Part shown: positions 45,805 to 46,354 of the stretch, in pieces | Layout: each line of letters opens with the position of its first letter | Numbering within the stretch: the stretch's first letter is position 1 | Assembly: GCA_028869495.1 (NCBI GenBank) | Contig: JAGWRY010000285.1 | Location: forward strand, 1-46,354 | Reading direction: 5' to 3' | From: Elusimicrobiota bacterium | GTDB lineage: Bacteria > Elusimicrobiota > Elusimicrobia > UBA1565 > UBA9628 | Length of the DNA: 46,354 nucleotides | Made by a program: the position numbers and the translations under genes | The notes under the pieces: generated by a model | Database searches by the model: none | Told to the model about the DNA's origin: nothing | The model's input: the letters and a program-made list of their open reading frames with translations, nothing else

Positions 45805-45829
45805 TCGACGACGGCCCGCGCGCGCCCCT

Positions 45830-45853
45830 CCGCCCCCGGCCGGGAGGCGGCTT
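45830..45853 (+). terminator. Weak GC-rich hairpin after the giant ORF stop (poor T-tract)
   Basis: CCGCC-CCC-GGCC-GGG-A-GGCGG is followed only by CTT. It is probably leaky if it functions at all, because the next ORF starts 28 nt later with its own AAGGA site. Confidence 0.25.
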
Positions 45854-45880
45854 GTGACTGTCAATAAGGAAAAAGTTAGA

Positions 45881-46354
45881 ATGGGAGCCATGACGGCGAC
45901 CCTGATCGCTCTCGCCGCGGCGCTTCTGTGCGGATCGCCCGCGGCCGCCGCGCCGGCCCCCGACCTCGGGGCGGCCGCCGCGCTGACGCGCTCCTCGAGC
46001 CCGGCCGCGCGCCGGGACGGCGTCCGCGAACTGGGCCGGATCCGTTCCGCGGCGGCCGCGGCCGCGATCGCGCCGCTGCTGTCCGACGGGGATTGGCGGG
46101 TCCGCCAGGCGGCGGCGGAGGAGCTCTCGACGGCGGGCGGCCCGGCGGAACTGCCGGCCCTGATCGGCGCCCTGAAGGATCCCGCCGCCTCGGTCCGCTT
46201 CGCGGCGGCCCGCACGCTGGGCGCCCTGCGCCGGCCGGAGGCCGCGGAGGCGCTCGCGGGCCTCCTCGACGACAAGGATCCCGCCCTGCGTCGGACGGCC
46301 ACGCGGGCCCTGGGCCGCGTCGGCGGCGCGGACGCGCGCGCCGCGCTGATGCGC
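45881..46354 (+). CDS. Second secreted HEAT-repeat protein (3' end outside the window)
   Basis: This ORF is not in the ORF track because it has no stop inside the window. AAGGA lies 9 nt upstream of ATG 45881, and the frame stays open to 46354 (158 codons). It has a signal-like MGAMTATLIALAAALLCGSPAAAA. HEAT-like repeats are present: DGDWRVRQAAAEELSTAG, DPAASVRFAAARTLGALR and DKDPALRRTATRALGRVG. Confidence 0.75.
   Translation, partial: MGAMTATLIALAAALLCGSPAAAAPAPDLGAAAALTRSSSPAARRDGVRELGRIRSAAAAAAIAPLLSDGDWRVRQAAAEELSTAGGPAELPALIGALKDPAASVRFAAARTLGALRRPEAAEALAGLLDDKDPALRRTATRALGRVGGADARAALMR

Noticed and set aside
44134-45801. RTX/T1SS-type C-terminus, as in LapA-like giant adhesins.
   Set aside because: I found no GGxGxDxUx nonapeptide repeats. 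The acidic D-x-N-x-D-G loops are isolated FG-GAP-like motifs. The protein has an N-terminal Sec signal, and the extreme C-terminus matches the T9SS/FlgD-Ig pattern instead.
8854-45804. The very high density of N-x-(S/T) sequons, as evidence for N-glycosylation.
   Set aside because: The protein is Asn/Ser/Thr-rich, so sequons arise by composition. The extended acidic D/E-x-N-x-S/T context needed by known bacterial oligosaccharyltransferases is not obviously enriched. No glycosylation genes are in the window.

Overview
This is a very GC-rich bacterial chromosomal window. Third codon positions are almost all G/C, so the six-frame track contains shadow ORFs many kb long, and these should be ignored.

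nt 1-6279 is an ordinary housekeeping block on the + strand. It holds dprA (5' end cut by the window edge), topA, a XerC/XerD-family recombinase, a hypothetical protein and purA. A minus-strand gene (6212-7225) encodes a membrane-anchored protein with transglutaminase-like Cys/His/Asp spacing. It converges on purA and overlaps it by 68 nt.

The divergent intergenic region 7226-7490 carries a near-consensus sigma70-type promoter (TTGACA-16 nt-TATACT with an extended -10 TG). Downstream of it is what I read as a c-di-GMP-I (GEMM-I) riboswitch aptamer, then a terminator-like hairpin.

This leader heads a + strand gene string:
- a small signal-peptide/TM protein (7491-8048)
- a secreted HEAT-repeat protein (8210-8857)
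- one uninterrupted 36,951-nt ORF (8854-45804; 12,316 codons, about 80% of the window), joined to the HEAT gene by an ATGA overlap
- a second secreted HEAT-repeat protein (45881 to the window end)

The giant ORF is built in zones, in this order:
- a Sec-type signal peptide
- an Asp-box-containing beta-propeller-like head
- two IPT/TIG-like domains
- about 55 Ig-like modules of ~125 aa, including a tandemly triplicated 1.82-kb five-module super-repeat at 23350-28812
- about 17 invasin/Big-like modules
- 8 larger modules with Dx(N/D)G(N/D)G loops
- a Cys-rich/FG-GAP-like segment
- an FN3 domain
- a T9SS-type/FlgD-Ig-like C-terminal domain

The main hypothesis worth follow-up is a giant surface adhesin/fibre locus controlled by c-di-GMP at the riboswitch level, with accessory HEAT proteins and a neighbouring transglutaminase-like putative protease. 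All domain and RNA calls come from motif recognition by eye; no database or covariance-model search was possible.
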